Source of the DNA: an uncultured Candidatus Saccharibacteria bacterium
GTDB taxonomy: Bacteria; Patescibacteriota; Minisyncoccia; Phycocordibacterales; UBA918
NCBI GenBank assembly: GCA_964469295.1
Contig: CAYXYJ010000006.1
Span: 4,682-68,681, forward strand
DNA: 64,000 nucleotides
Direction: 5' to 3'
Positions 47,421-57,384 of the stretch are shown here, one piece after another. The notes beneath the pieces are model-generated. The model had not been told where the DNA came from. It ran no database searches and saw only the letters and a list, made by a program, of their open reading frames with translations. Within the stretch, counting starts at the first letter, position 1. Each line of letters opens with the position of its first letter. The position numbers and the translations under genes are program-made.

Positions 47421-48245
47421 TTACTGCTGTTTACGTGCACGACGTGGTATGACATATGCGGTAGTCTGCTGATAGGCTTGATACGCTTCGGGGTATCTCA
47501 ATAACAATGATCGCTCCATCATAACACTAGTGATATGTAATATGTACAGCACCAGTGCTAGACTCATTAGTCCAAGGTATCCATACGGTACGGGCCAGGC
47601 AATGATGATTAATCCGCTCCACAGCATTATTTCACCAAAATAATTGGGATGCCGACTGTGCCGGAATAGTCCCGTGCTTAGAAGGGGTTGGCTAAGAGGA
47701 ATATTCTCAAATGAGTGGTGGTATTTTTTCATCAAAAAATGATCAAGTTGCCAGTCAGCAATGGTTTCGTACAGTAATCCGATACACACAATTGTTATAC
47801 CAATAACCGTGTACCAACTACCAAGCACTTTTCCGGCGCTGAGAGCGATAAGAAATGGCATACCAAGGAGTATCATCATTGCCATTTGCGCGATATAAGA
47901 TCGCATATACACACGAGCGAGTGGCCAATCAGTGTGAGGCATTATCCACCGTTGTCGCCAGGTAACGGATGATGTTGCGTGACCGTGGCGCCGCTGTTTA
48001 ATATATGCACGAAATCCCAGACGAAGCGCCCATATGGTCATGAGAGTAGCAATCAAGACCGCTAATGGCGTCATCGTGTTACTAATAATTATCGTACCAA
48101 TTGCACTGAGAGCAACAAATGGTGCATACCACACATCAGTAATTGTGTGATTATGGCGCACTGTCGCCAGCAAAAACGCAAATGTCACCAGTGTAAAGGC
48201 GATAAGACCAAAAAGAAGTGTGTTGATAAAGAGGGTATCAAGCAT
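47421..48245 (-). CDS. polytopic membrane protein of the ICMT / DUF1295 / steroid-5alpha-reductase-like superfamily
   Basis: 274 aa; C-terminal RHSRHPNYFGEIMLWSGL motif typical of this family. Confidence 0.6.
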   Translation of the reverse strand: MLDTLFINTLLFGLIAFTLVTFAFLLATVRHNHTITDVWYAPFVALSAIGTIIISNTMTPLAVLIATLMTIWALRLGFRAYIKQRRHGHATSSVTWRQRWIMPHTDWPLARVYMRSYIAQMAMMILLGMPFLIALSAGKVLGSWYTVIGITIVCIGLLYETIADWQLDHFLMKKYHHSFENIPLSQPLLSTGLFRHSRHPNYFGEIMLWSGLIIIAWPVPYGYLGLMSLALVLYILHITSVMMERSLLLRYPEAYQAYQQTTAYVIPRRARKQQ

Positions 48246-48263
48246 ATGTATTTAGTGTAGCAG

Positions 48264-48932
48264 ATGCTAGAATACCTGCATATGCCACGGGCGAGTATGT
48301 CGACAACTGAAGAAGATATCATTGCACCCAAAAAGCGCGCGCCGCGTAAGCGGCCGGTTGCTTCAAGTGATGCTTCTATTGCTGAGGATAAACCAAAACG
48401 AGCGCGCAAGCCCCGAGTGCCGGTTGTTCATGAACAAGAGCGGGTGCATAACACTGCGTCAGAATCAAATAATGAACCAACACGTACCGAACGCAAGGCA
48501 CCAACCGCTATTCGTGGTGAGCGCGAAGCCCATCAACGGTCATCTCGAGCCTTGTGGGGGGCGTTGGTGTTTTTTGGAATAATGTTTGGTGTGGCGGCAT
48601 TTATTGGCTTTTCAGATCAAGGCACCATTGACGTCGTGGCGGTAGTGAATGAACGGAACGAACGAATCAGTCGTGGCGAAGTCCGGGATGGAGAAAGTGC
48701 GACGGCCGTATCAACATCAATTGATGAACGACCAAATGGCGGGTTGGTGCCCGCAGCAGTACCAACCACGCCACCGACTGATACCACGGTAAACGAACCG
48801 GCAACAACCGCCTCTTCAAGTGAAGCGACTACTACCATTAATGGTACGACTGAACAAATAAACGACACCGCCACTACTGAACCAGTAAACGAAGAAGCGA
48901 ATAGTGAAACACCAAGCACCGATGCCTCTTAA
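48264..48932 (+). CDS. low-complexity membrane-anchored hypothetical protein
   Basis: basic N-terminus, one TM helix (ALWGALVFFGIMFGVAAFIGF), T/E/A-rich tail. Confidence 0.4.
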   Translation: MLEYLHMPRASMSTTEEDIIAPKKRAPRKRPVASSDASIAEDKPKRARKPRVPVVHEQERVHNTASESNNEPTRTERKAPTAIRGEREAHQRSSRALWGALVFFGIMFGVAAFIGFSDQGTIDVVAVVNERNERISRGEVRDGESATAVSTSIDERPNGGLVPAAVPTTPPTDTTVNEPATTASSSEATTTINGTTEQINDTATTEPVNEEANSETPSTDAS

Positions 48933-48950
48933 CCAGAAAATAGCTGTATG

Positions 48951-48988
48951 ATAACAAGACGCGGCCACTAGTGGCCGCGTCTTGTTAT
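48951..48988. terminator. bidirectional terminator
   Basis: ataacaagacgcggccac ta gtggccgcgtcttgttat. Confidence 0.75.
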
Positions 48989-48990
48989 GG

Positions 48991-49389
48991 TTACTGTCGT
49001 TTGGCGACACATTTTTCGCAACGACATTGTTTGGGCTTGATGTATGTATTCCAAAATTCTTTTCCGTAATCGTAGGATAACTCCTCGCCGGGCTTAATGG
49101 TTCTTTTTGCATAAATATAAATATGTTTTTCGGTGTCATCAATTTCGGGATAACAATTAGGACGACAAGAATGATTGATGTACCGGGCAGTATTTTCACG
49201 CCCTTTTCCATCAACAGTATAGCGATCGTTGATTTCAAAAAGGTATTGACCGCCGCGCTGGTTCGCTTCATCGGCAGTAATTTTTTCGCCCGTATATTCA
49301 ATCACAAAGTCACCTTTTTTGATGAGTTCAACCGCAAAAAGACCCAGACCATGGCTCCCGCGTTTTACGATGACTGCTGCTGATTTCAT
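48991..49389 (-). CDS. SET-domain protein (putative protein lysine methyltransferase) with post-SET Cys cluster
   Basis: 132 aa; GLGLFA, IEYTGE, YLF, NTARYINHSCRPNC, GEELSYDYG and C-terminal CRCEKC match SET/post-SET. Confidence 0.8.
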   Translation of the reverse strand: MKSAAVIVKRGSHGLGLFAVELIKKGDFVIEYTGEKITADEANQRGGQYLFEINDRYTVDGKGRENTARYINHSCRPNCYPEIDDTEKHIYIYAKRTIKPGEELSYDYGKEFWNTYIKPKQCRCEKCVAKRQ

Positions 49390-49483
49390 ACGGCAGCGAG
49401 TATACCATACAATTGTTATTTGTTGGTACCTGTAAACAGGGGTGAGCGAGTGTGACTACAAAATCTTGATATACTACTGTCGT

Positions 49484-51838
49484 ATGGTTGATGCTCTTTC
49501 AAAATATATTCGTGCTGCTGATTATTTATCGGCGATTCAAATTTACTTACAAGATAATTTTTTATTGTCATCGTCGTTGTCAGCCGAAGATATTAAATCG
49601 CGGCTGTTAGGACACTGGGGTACGTGTCCGGGTATTAATTTTACGTATGCTCATTTGAATCGAGCAATCATTGCGCATGATCTCGATATGCTTTTTGTAT
49701 TGGGGCCAGGACATGGATTTCCAGCCATTCAAGCCAATTTGTTTTTAGAGGGGACGCTCAGTCAATATTATCCAGATATTCCGCGCTCTGCAAATGGTAT
49801 TGCGATTATGGCGGGTAAATTTAGTTGGCCATATGGCTTTCCCAGTCACAGTAACCCAGAAGCTCCGGGGGTGATATTAGAGGGTGGGGAGTTGGGGTAT
49901 TCGTTGGCCACGGCTTACGGCGCAGTGCTGGATAATCCTCGACTTATCGCGGCGTGTTTGGTTGGTGATGGTGAAAGTGAAACTGGCCCGACGGCGACTG
50001 CCTGGCATTGCAACAAATTGGTTGACCCAGCTACGAATGGTGCCGTTTTACCAATCCTTCATTTAAATGGGTACAAAATTTCTGGACCAACTATCTATGG
50101 TCGAATGAGCGATGAAGAATTAACGGCACTCTTTACTGGATATGGCTACGAGCCGGTCATTGTTGACGCGTATACGACCGATACTATCCATGAACGAATG
50201 ATGACGGTACTTGATGAAGCGATTGCTTCCATTCAATTTACCCAGCATTGTGCTCGTGAAGGTACCCTCCATAAGCCGCCAAAGTGGCCAATGATTATTT
50301 TACGAACCCCCAAAGGGTGGCATAGTATTGATCAATTAGAAGGGAAGCGACTCGAAGACAACCATGCTTCACATCAAGTGATTGCTGAATTTGCCAAAAC
50401 TAACGATGTTCACCTAACCGCGTTGGCTAATTGGTTGGCTTCATACCATTTTTCTGATTTATTTGTTGATGATTCGTTCATTGATGAAATTGAATCACTG
50501 GTGCCGGCGTCACACCGACGAATGGGGAATAATGCTCATGCTCATGGTGGTATCCCGCATTACCAGCCACTTCATTTACCGTTAGTGAGCAACTATACGT
50601 CAAATAGCACCTGTAATTTAGATGATCCAATTTGTGGCATGGAAAGTAGTATGGAAAAAATCGGCGCGTACCTCAGGGACGTTATGATTGAAAACGAAAG
50701 CACTCGGAATATCCGACTGTTTTCGCCAGATGAAACGTATTCCAATAAAATTCACGCTGTATTTGAGGCTACCAAACGAACATTTCTTTGGCCTCTAAAA
50801 CCATGGGACAAAGATATTGCTCGTGATGGGCGAGTGATTGAAATGTTGTCCGAACATACCCTGCAAGGGATGTTGCAAGGCTATATTTTAACTGGACGGC
50901 ACGGATTATTGGTTTCGTATGAAGCGTTTGCTCAGGTAATCGCCAGCATGACCGATCAATATGCGAAGTTTTTGAAAATTGCGCGAGAAGTATCGTGGCG
51001 TGGTACGACCGCGTCGCTTAATTACATTTTGACGTCAACCGGCTGGAGACAAGAGCATAATGGTTTTTCTCACCAGAATCCGGGGTTTATCGACGGCGTG
51101 TTGCAACGGCAAAGTGATTTCACGAATGTTTATTTTCCCGCTGACGCCAATTTAGCGTTGACAACATTTGCGCGGATGCTCGCCAGTGAACAACAAATTA
51201 ACGTCATGGTGTGCGAAAAGCGACCACTACCAATTTGGCGAACAACCGCCGAAGCGGTACGCGATATTGAGTCAGGCATTGCGGTGTGGGATTTTGCATC
51301 TGATGATGATCCCCATATGGTGTTTGCCTCGGCTGGTGATTATCCAACTCAAGAAACTCTCGCGGCGATTAGTATCGTGCGTCGCGAAATCCCCGCTTTT
51401 CGGATGCGGTATGTCAATATCAATGCCCTGTCTGGTCGAGGATTGGGGAATTCAACCCATCGCGTTCTCCGTCATGAATTTGCCGATTATTTTACTGATA
51501 ATCGCCAGGTCCGGATTAACTTTCACGGGTACCCACAAACAATAAAACAAATTTTATTTGATTATGGCTGCGACGCTAACCGGTTTGTTGTGCATGGCTA
51601 TGAAGAAAGCGGATCGACCACCACGGCGTTTGACATGATGGTACGAAATCATGTGGATCGGTACCATCTGGCCATGGAGGCTTTTGCGATTGCTGAAGAT
51701 GAACGTGTCATTAGTGCCGAAGAAGCTCGACGGCTAAAGACTATCTACGAAGCAAAATTAGCGGATCACCGAGCTTATATTATTGAATATGGTGATGATC
51801 CGCTTGATATTACTAATTGGGCATGGGAATCACGTTAG
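49484..51838 (+). CDS. xfp: xylulose-5-phosphate/fructose-6-phosphate phosphoketolase
   Basis: GHWGTCPGINFTYAHLNR..., EGGELGYSL TPP-binding signatures; ~785 aa. Confidence 0.9.
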   Translation: MVDALSKYIRAADYLSAIQIYLQDNFLLSSSLSAEDIKSRLLGHWGTCPGINFTYAHLNRAIIAHDLDMLFVLGPGHGFPAIQANLFLEGTLSQYYPDIPRSANGIAIMAGKFSWPYGFPSHSNPEAPGVILEGGELGYSLATAYGAVLDNPRLIAACLVGDGESETGPTATAWHCNKLVDPATNGAVLPILHLNGYKISGPTIYGRMSDEELTALFTGYGYEPVIVDAYTTDTIHERMMTVLDEAIASIQFTQHCAREGTLHKPPKWPMIILRTPKGWHSIDQLEGKRLEDNHASHQVIAEFAKTNDVHLTALANWLASYHFSDLFVDDSFIDEIESLVPASHRRMGNNAHAHGGIPHYQPLHLPLVSNYTSNSTCNLDDPICGMESSMEKIGAYLRDVMIENESTRNIRLFSPDETYSNKIHAVFEATKRTFLWPLKPWDKDIARDGRVIEMLSEHTLQGMLQGYILTGRHGLLVSYEAFAQVIASMTDQYAKFLKIAREVSWRGTTASLNYILTSTGWRQEHNGFSHQNPGFIDGVLQRQSDFTNVYFPADANLALTTFARMLASEQQINVMVCEKRPLPIWRTTAEAVRDIESGIAVWDFASDDDPHMVFASAGDYPTQETLAAISIVRREIPAFRMRYVNINALSGRGLGNSTHRVLRHEFADYFTDNRQVRINFHGYPQTIKQILFDYGCDANRFVVHGYEESGSTTTAFDMMVRNHVDRYHLAMEAFAIAEDERVISAEEARRLKTIYEAKLADHRAYIIEYGDDPLDITNWAWESR

Positions 51839-52998
51839 TCATCAATCCAGGTAGCTCTTCAAAAAAGTATTCGGTCTTTCAAGATGAAAGACCGGTAGCG
51901 AGTTTTCGGTTTGAAAAGACCGGTGACGGATACGAAATCTGCCGTGATATTAATGGTATTGCCCCGCATTGTGAAGGTGTGCCGGCAGAAACGTTTGGGA
52001 CCGCTTTACGCCAGGTAATTGACGCGTTGCTGTTACATAAAATAATACAGCGCATTCCTGACATCAACCGAGTAGGAATACGGATTGTGGCGCCAGGTAC
52101 ACGTTTTGCGCAACACGAGCGAATCGATGAAGCCTATGTAATGCGGCTGCGAGAAATCGAAGCGAGTGCCCCCTTACATCTCCCATCGACTATCCGTGAA
52201 ATCGAACAAGCGATGCAAGAATTACCGGAAGCTATTATTGTGGGTGCGTCAGATAGTGCATTTCATCATACTATTCCGATACCGGCGCGGATGCCAGCCA
52301 TTGATTGGACTGATATTAAAACCTATGATCTACAGCAGTTTGGCTATCATGGGTTATCGGCAACCGCCGTCCTGGATTCTTTGACGTCAGGAAATAAAAG
52401 TCTGCCATCACGACTCATTGTGGCTCATATTGGTAGCGGGGTGAGTCTAACAGCTATCAAAGATGGAAAAAGCATCGACACGACCATGGGATATGGTCCG
52501 GCCAGTGGCGTGATGATGGGCACGCGAACGGGTGACATTGACCCCAGTTTATTAATTGAACTGATGCGGGTAAAAAATATGAATATTGATGAGGTAACGA
52601 AATATGTACAACAGCAAGGTGGATTTTTTGGGTGGACAGGTATTGCTGATTTTCGGTTACTCCTCGATCGCTATGCGCATCGTGAAGAAATGGTAGTATT
52701 GGCGTTTTTAAAATGCCAATACCAAATTCGCAAAACTATTGGCGCTTTTACTGCTGCTCTGGGGGGGTTGGATGCGATGGTGTTAACGGCGACGGCGATG
52801 GAACGTAGTCCAGCGCTCCGATTAATATTATTTGGACAACTACAAGATATGGGGATTGTAATTGATGAAGCAATTAATGATACCTTGATAAATCATGACG
52901 GTGTCATCAGTCAGTCTGGCAGTCACGTGACGGTCATGGTCCAACGAACAAATGAAGCCAGAACCATCGCAAAAATTGTCTCGGACGTCACCAAATAA
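51817..52998 (+). CDS. ackA: acetate kinase
   Basis: LVINPGSSS(K) N-terminal motif, VAHIGSGVSLTAI, GTRTGDIDP; start overlaps xfp 3' end by 16-22 nt. Confidence 0.85.
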   Translation: MGMGITLVINPGSSSKKYSVFQDERPVASFRFEKTGDGYEICRDINGIAPHCEGVPAETFGTALRQVIDALLLHKIIQRIPDINRVGIRIVAPGTRFAQHERIDEAYVMRLREIEASAPLHLPSTIREIEQAMQELPEAIIVGASDSAFHHTIPIPARMPAIDWTDIKTYDLQQFGYHGLSATAVLDSLTSGNKSLPSRLIVAHIGSGVSLTAIKDGKSIDTTMGYGPASGVMMGTRTGDIDPSLLIELMRVKNMNIDEVTKYVQQQGGFFGWTGIADFRLLLDRYAHREEMVVLAFLKCQYQIRKTIGAFTAALGGLDAMVLTATAMERSPALRLILFGQLQDMGIVIDEAINDTLINHDGVISQSGSHVTVMVQRTNEARTIAKIVSDVTK

Positions 52999-53841
52999 TT
53001 ACATTGCTCCCATTACGATACTAACGTCAGTCAACGATACCCGCCCGTCATCATTTAAATCACCAGCACTATTTCCGGTGGTGAGATAGAGCAATATTTG
53101 ACTCACATCCGCAATTGTCACCAATCCGTCATCGTTTACGTCACCTCTTAAAGAATTCGTCCGAACGGTGATAGCACTTTTGCTCCGAGATAATCCCAAA
53201 GTATTTGCGTTAGCGATAACTGTGTATTGGCCGGTTGCTAAATGACCGAGATCAACCGCGGTGCCCAATCCGTTGTGTTCAAGAATGGCGGCATCAACAA
53301 ACCAAACAGCAGCGTCCCCGGCTGCTATGGTGCGAAAGGTAATGGTTAATAAATCACCCTTTCCAACAAATCCGCCAGAAACCGTGGTGCCGCCCGCGAA
53401 GTTGATGGTACCGTCACCATTTTTGTACCAGGGTTCCTCCGCCCACAAATCAGCAATTGACGTGTTGTAGTCAATTTTATCAACGACAAGTTTTGAGCCA
53501 TCAAAGTGCACGTTACCCATAAATACATTAACGGGTACCTGACTTTCAATCTGTACAGTAACGGTAAAGGTCCCATCGATATTGGCAACAGCAGCGCTCG
53601 GCGACAAAGTAATACTCGCGATTGGTGATGTTGTGTCGTTGGCGACGAGCAAGTAACTCACACCGGATAAAAACGCTACCAATACTCCAGCAATTAATGT
53701 GGCTGGAATAATAGAACCACGAGTATAGCCATGCATGGTATATACAGTATGCCATAATTTAGGCATAAATGGTGGTTTGGTGTGTTGTGTGGGTGTATAT
53801 AGCGACACCGGCTCCCTCACTACATACTTGTCTACCATCAT
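52999..53841 (-). CDS. membrane-anchored surface protein with a cohesin-like domain and two C-terminal dockerin type-I repeats
   Basis: TM anchor (IIPATLIAGVLVAFLSGVSYLLV); cohesin-like GTFTVTVQIESQVPVNVFMGNVHFDGSKLVVDKIDY...GDLLTITFRTIAAGDAAVWF; dockerin repeats GDVNDDGLVTIADVSQIL and GDLNDDGRVSLTDVSIVM. Confidence 0.7.
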   Translation of the reverse strand: MMVDKYVVREPVSLYTPTQHTKPPFMPKLWHTVYTMHGYTRGSIIPATLIAGVLVAFLSGVSYLLVANDTTSPIASITLSPSAAVANIDGTFTVTVQIESQVPVNVFMGNVHFDGSKLVVDKIDYNTSIADLWAEEPWYKNGDGTINFAGGTTVSGGFVGKGDLLTITFRTIAAGDAAVWFVDAAILEHNGLGTAVDLGHLATGQYTVIANANTLGLSRSKSAITVRTNSLRGDVNDDGLVTIADVSQILLYLTTGNSAGDLNDDGRVSLTDVSIVMGAM

Positions 53842-53868
53842 TCGTATCTGGTACGATTACTATAGGGA

Positions 53869-54321
53869 GTGCTTTTATTTACATTAAATAGTATACATAA
53901 TCGTATGGACAACAACATGGAATCAGAAGCTCATTCAACTGAAGAACAAACCACTGCTCATAATACGCAGACGTCGGTAGATGATAAAATCACAACATCG
54001 TCTACGGCATCAACACCCGACACGAGTAATCAGATGCTTTTTGGTATATTGGCCTATATTGGTATTTTGGTTATTATTCCTTTTTTGATGGCAAAAGACG
54101 ATACGTTTGTTCGTTTTCATATCAAACAAGGATTGGTGTTGTGTTGTGGTTGGCTCATTTTATGGGTGGTCGGGAGCATGCTATGGATGTTGTTACCGAT
54201 TATTTGGTTGGTAAATTTGTTCTTGCTCGTACTCGCTATTATCGGTATCGTGAATGTGGTGCAACACAAAGAAGCTCCACTCCCGTTGGTTGGACACTTT
54301 GCCGACAAAATTTCAATATAA
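53869..54321 (+). CDS. small membrane protein, DUF4870-like (start may be 53905)
   Basis: ILAYIGILVIIPFLMAKDDTFVRFHIKQGLVL motif. Confidence 0.5.
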   Translation: MLLFTLNSIHNRMDNNMESEAHSTEEQTTAHNTQTSVDDKITTSSTASTPDTSNQMLFGILAYIGILVIIPFLMAKDDTFVRFHIKQGLVLCCGWLILWVVGSMLWMLLPIIWLVNLFLLVLAIIGIVNVVQHKEAPLPLVGHFADKISI

Positions 54322-54341
54322 GCCTCTTTACTCCGTAGAAA

Positions 54342-54376
54342 ACACCAAAAGACCGGTCTAACCGGTCTTTTGGTGT
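54342..54376. terminator. bidirectional terminator
   Basis: acaccaaaagaccggt cta accggtcttttggtgt. Confidence 0.75.
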
Positions 54377-54429
54377 ATATGGTGTTCAGGTAATTTTTTC
54401 CTCTTGTCGCTGACGAGAGGGAAAAATAT

Positions 54430-55053
54430 TTAATTTGGTAATTGGGCTGATTGTCCTACGGTGTCAATGAGTGCAGCAAGTGGGAAATTACCTTGTTCCG
54501 CTTCACAAATGGCAATTTGTTCGTCCGGATAATTTTGACATTGTGGGAAGCGAACCGCAAAAATCATCGTTAAAAATTGATCATCTTTGGGATAAGTAAT
54601 TTGATAACTCTTGTAGACGCTTCCGGCTGCTCCTGCAGCAGTTTCCCAAATGCAGTACGAGCGTCCATTAACGGTCATGGTACTGGAGGTGGCACCAGAC
54701 ATGGCCTGTGTTTGTGCATCTAATTGACAGCTAGTAAAAGTACTGCTGTTAATAAAGCGCGGCGGCCATTCAGCTAACGTGACATATTGATAGGGAAGTG
54801 TCGTTGGGTAGGTAAAACTAATATCACTTTTTTCATCCACCGCTTGCTCCATTGTAAGGTTGTTCGGTAGCGCAACAGTGATCGCACCATCATGAGTGCC
54901 GGTAGCCGATTCAGATTCATTGTTTTGATTGGTATGTGTGATCGACTCAGTGTTACTGGGTATGTCCGTGCCCGGAATTGGTGTTCCTCGCATTATCATA
55001 ATACATCCAATGAGTGCCAATAAAGCAGCCACAAGAAATATTATTTTTTTCAT
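54430..55053 (-). CDS. putative lipoprotein (207 aa), hypothetical
   Basis: MKKIIFLVAALLALIGC lipobox-like signal. Confidence 0.55.
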   Translation of the reverse strand: MKKIIFLVAALLALIGCIMIMRGTPIPGTDIPSNTESITHTNQNNESESATGTHDGAITVALPNNLTMEQAVDEKSDISFTYPTTLPYQYVTLAEWPPRFINSSTFTSCQLDAQTQAMSGATSSTMTVNGRSYCIWETAAGAAGSVYKSYQITYPKDDQFLTMIFAVRFPQCQNYPDEQIAICEAEQGNFPLAALIDTVGQSAQLPN

Positions 55054-55210
55054 ATAGTTAGTATACCAAATACAAAAATCGTCACACGTTCTCTGTGACG
55101 AGAGTAGGATTTTAGAAACTCCTCTAGAAAAGCCTTCTCTCGCTCTAAAATAAAATGACCTTCAAATTTACCCCATTACCAAGTGTGGTTATCTGACGAT
55201 TCTTTAAAAG

Positions 55211-55240
55211 AAAAAACTAGCAGTTACGCTAGTTTTTTCT
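55211..55240. terminator. bidirectional terminator
   Basis: aaaaaactagc agttac gctagtttttt. Confidence 0.65.
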
Positions 55241-55536
55241 GGCTCAATCAATTGTGACAGAGAAATAGGATTTGGAACTACCGAAATATCGCCAGGAATA
55301 AAGTTATTTCAAGCAATTGAAGCCAGTGAATTCCAGGATGTGGAAGTATACTCAGTTACTTTGAACTTTTACCAGAGAACATTGTGTGGCAACACGATAT
55401 GGAAAACTACATCGAAAGCTACCATTTGAGCCAGTATGTACAAGCTAAAAATAGCCTAGAGAACATAGCGATGTAATGCGCGTGGAGTAATAACACCAAT
55501 TCTCTTGAACTTTATATAAATGGTAGAATAAGGGTA

Positions 55537-55812
55537 ATGCAACCGCCTAAGAAAAAAGACAATCTCACTGATCTAGTAGACGTGGCAACTTCACAGAGCG
55601 ATAGTACACCAAGCGTGCCACTTAAAGATGGTGAAGCTATAACACCAACAGGAGAGGTGGTTACTATGGGCACAGAAGCTGAAGATAGGGAACTTACAAA
55701 CCTAGCTCGCAAACTTCTAAGATGGGCAAAGGCAAAGCGAAAGGCTCGAGAGATAGCTATAGCGAGAGCATTGGAAAAACACCCAAAGCAACCTCCTCGT
55801 ACGGGTCAGTAG
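55537..55812 (+). CDS. hypothetical small protein (91 aa)
   Basis: ORF only; basic C-terminus. Confidence 0.3.
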   Translation: MQPPKKKDNLTDLVDVATSQSDSTPSVPLKDGEAITPTGEVVTMGTEAEDRELTNLARKLLRWAKAKRKAREIAIARALEKHPKQPPRTGQ

Positions 55813-55905
55813 CTTTAAGGTGGAAGGGGTTGGTCATTCTTGTAAATAAAAAGAAACCGCCTGACCTGTGAAAGCCAGGAGGCTTCTTTGGTCGGCGGTT
55901 GCTGG

Positions 55906-56127
55906 TTACTGGAACAGGGCGAAGACAGGCGACAGAAGAAAGTCGCCGATGAAGCCGAGTATCCAGAAGATGAAACCGATGAACGGAACGGCGAAGCTTG
56001 CCGTCAGGAAGCGTCCAGGGATGGACTGCACTTTGTGTCTGTTCACCTTGATGCTCCCGAAAAAGGTCGCACCAAGGATGAAGACTGCCCACACGATGAG
56101 GGCGATGGTCACCATTGTCATTTTCAA
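55906..56127 (-). CDS. small two-TM membrane protein (73 aa), in high-GC block
   Basis: hydrophobic ORF; competing overlapping ORFs on both strands look like GC artefacts. Confidence 0.35.
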   Translation of the reverse strand: MKMTMVTIALIVWAVFILGATFFGSIKVNRHKVQSIPGRFLTASFAVPFIGFIFWILGFIGDFLLSPVFALFQ

Positions 56128-56651
56128 TCTTCGTCAGTTGATGAGGGGGGAACTTTCAATAATAAGTATAGCATAAAGTATGCAAAAGTCAAGCATTTCA
56201 AGCAGAATAGGCTTTTTTTTGGTAAAATAGCGCTATGGAATACCTCTCTACTCCAACAGAGCAAACAATCAATGCTGGTACTTGCTTAGCATCGTATGTG
56301 GGTGAGTAAAGCACCACTAACCTTTAAGGAGTTTTCTGAGATTATGGACAAGATACCCGGTGATATTAAGAAAGTTCAATCAACAACAGAGAAACACGCT
56401 TATATTGCACCTATCTTCTTGAACTTTTCTGTAAGTGCAAAAAAGGTAGAAAATTACACGTTAAAACAGCCTTTTGAGGGGCTGTCTTAACGAGAAATTA
56501 TCTGAATGTGGAAATCATTGAACGAAGTTAAAACCTCATTGATTGAAATGGAGTGTGCAAATTTCTTGAAAGTAGTGGATTTGTGGTGAAAAAAGAAAAG
56601 CCCCACGAGTGTGAATCGTGTGACTCTTCTCGTGAGGCCCGCAGGTCGCCG

Positions 56652-57239
56652 TTAGGCGGCCTTGGCGAACATCGCATGGCTCGGGAGATGCTTGAGCGCC
56701 ATGGCCAGCGCCGTGATGGCCGTCATGATCTCGAGCATCTTCCATGCCGGGATCTCGAGCATGACGTCGGCCTTGCCATCGGTCGAGTCGGTCGAGACAG
56801 ACTCGAGTTCCTCGAGCGTCGAGCAGATCTTCTCGCCATCATAGTAGGTGGCGTCGTGCCGCCCGAAGGTCGACTCGAGCACGTGCTTGGCGAAACCATC
56901 CCAGTCCTGCGGCGTCGGTATCGGCCGCAGCATGCCCTCGCCCAGATACTTCTTGAAGGCGTCGAGCACGAGGTGCGTGATGCCGCCGTCCGGCTTGTAG
57001 GACTGGAACGGATCGGCGGACGTGAGGCGGGCATCAAAGCCGGCCATGGCGGCCGTTTCCGACATGTAGGTGTCGCTGTTGTTGCTGTTGAAGATCGGTT
57101 CACCCGTTTCGGAGTCGCTGTCCTGCTCGAGGTAGCTCACGGTGTAGACCTTGAGGCCGTGGTATCCGGCGTAGCCGTCCGTGACGTCGAGATGGAGCAT
57201 GTCGCCGTTATCGAAGGTATGCGATTTCAGATCGGTCAT
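56652..57239 (-). CDS. hypothetical protein (~195 aa), GC-anomalous, adjacent to tmRNA 3' end
   Basis: start MTDLKSHTF at 57239; ~60% GC gives rise to overlapping spurious ORFs on both strands. Confidence 0.5.
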   Translation of the reverse strand: MTDLKSHTFDNGDMLHLDVTDGYAGYHGLKVYTVSYLEQDSDSETGEPIFNSNNSDTYMSETAAMAGFDARLTSADPFQSYKPDGGITHLVLDAFKKYLGEGMLRPIPTPQDWDGFAKHVLESTFGRHDATYYDGEKICSTLEELESVSTDSTDGKADVMLEIPAWKMLEIMTAITALAMALKHLPSHAMFAKAA

Positions 57240-57384
57240 TGACCAAGTCCTTCCAGTTGGGTTGAAACTGCGATAATAATACACTAAATACTAAAAAAGT
57301 CAATAGTAGGTTCTAATTTCCATACATCTCTCTGAAAATACACAAAACGAGCCTTATAAAATAAGGCTCGTTTTGCTTCAGATT

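Noticed and set aside
56553-57242. 229-aa + strand ORF and 126-aa - strand ORF overlapping 56652-57239
   Set aside because: Same high-GC artefact. Their proteins are Arg/Ala/Gly-rich low-complexity translations.
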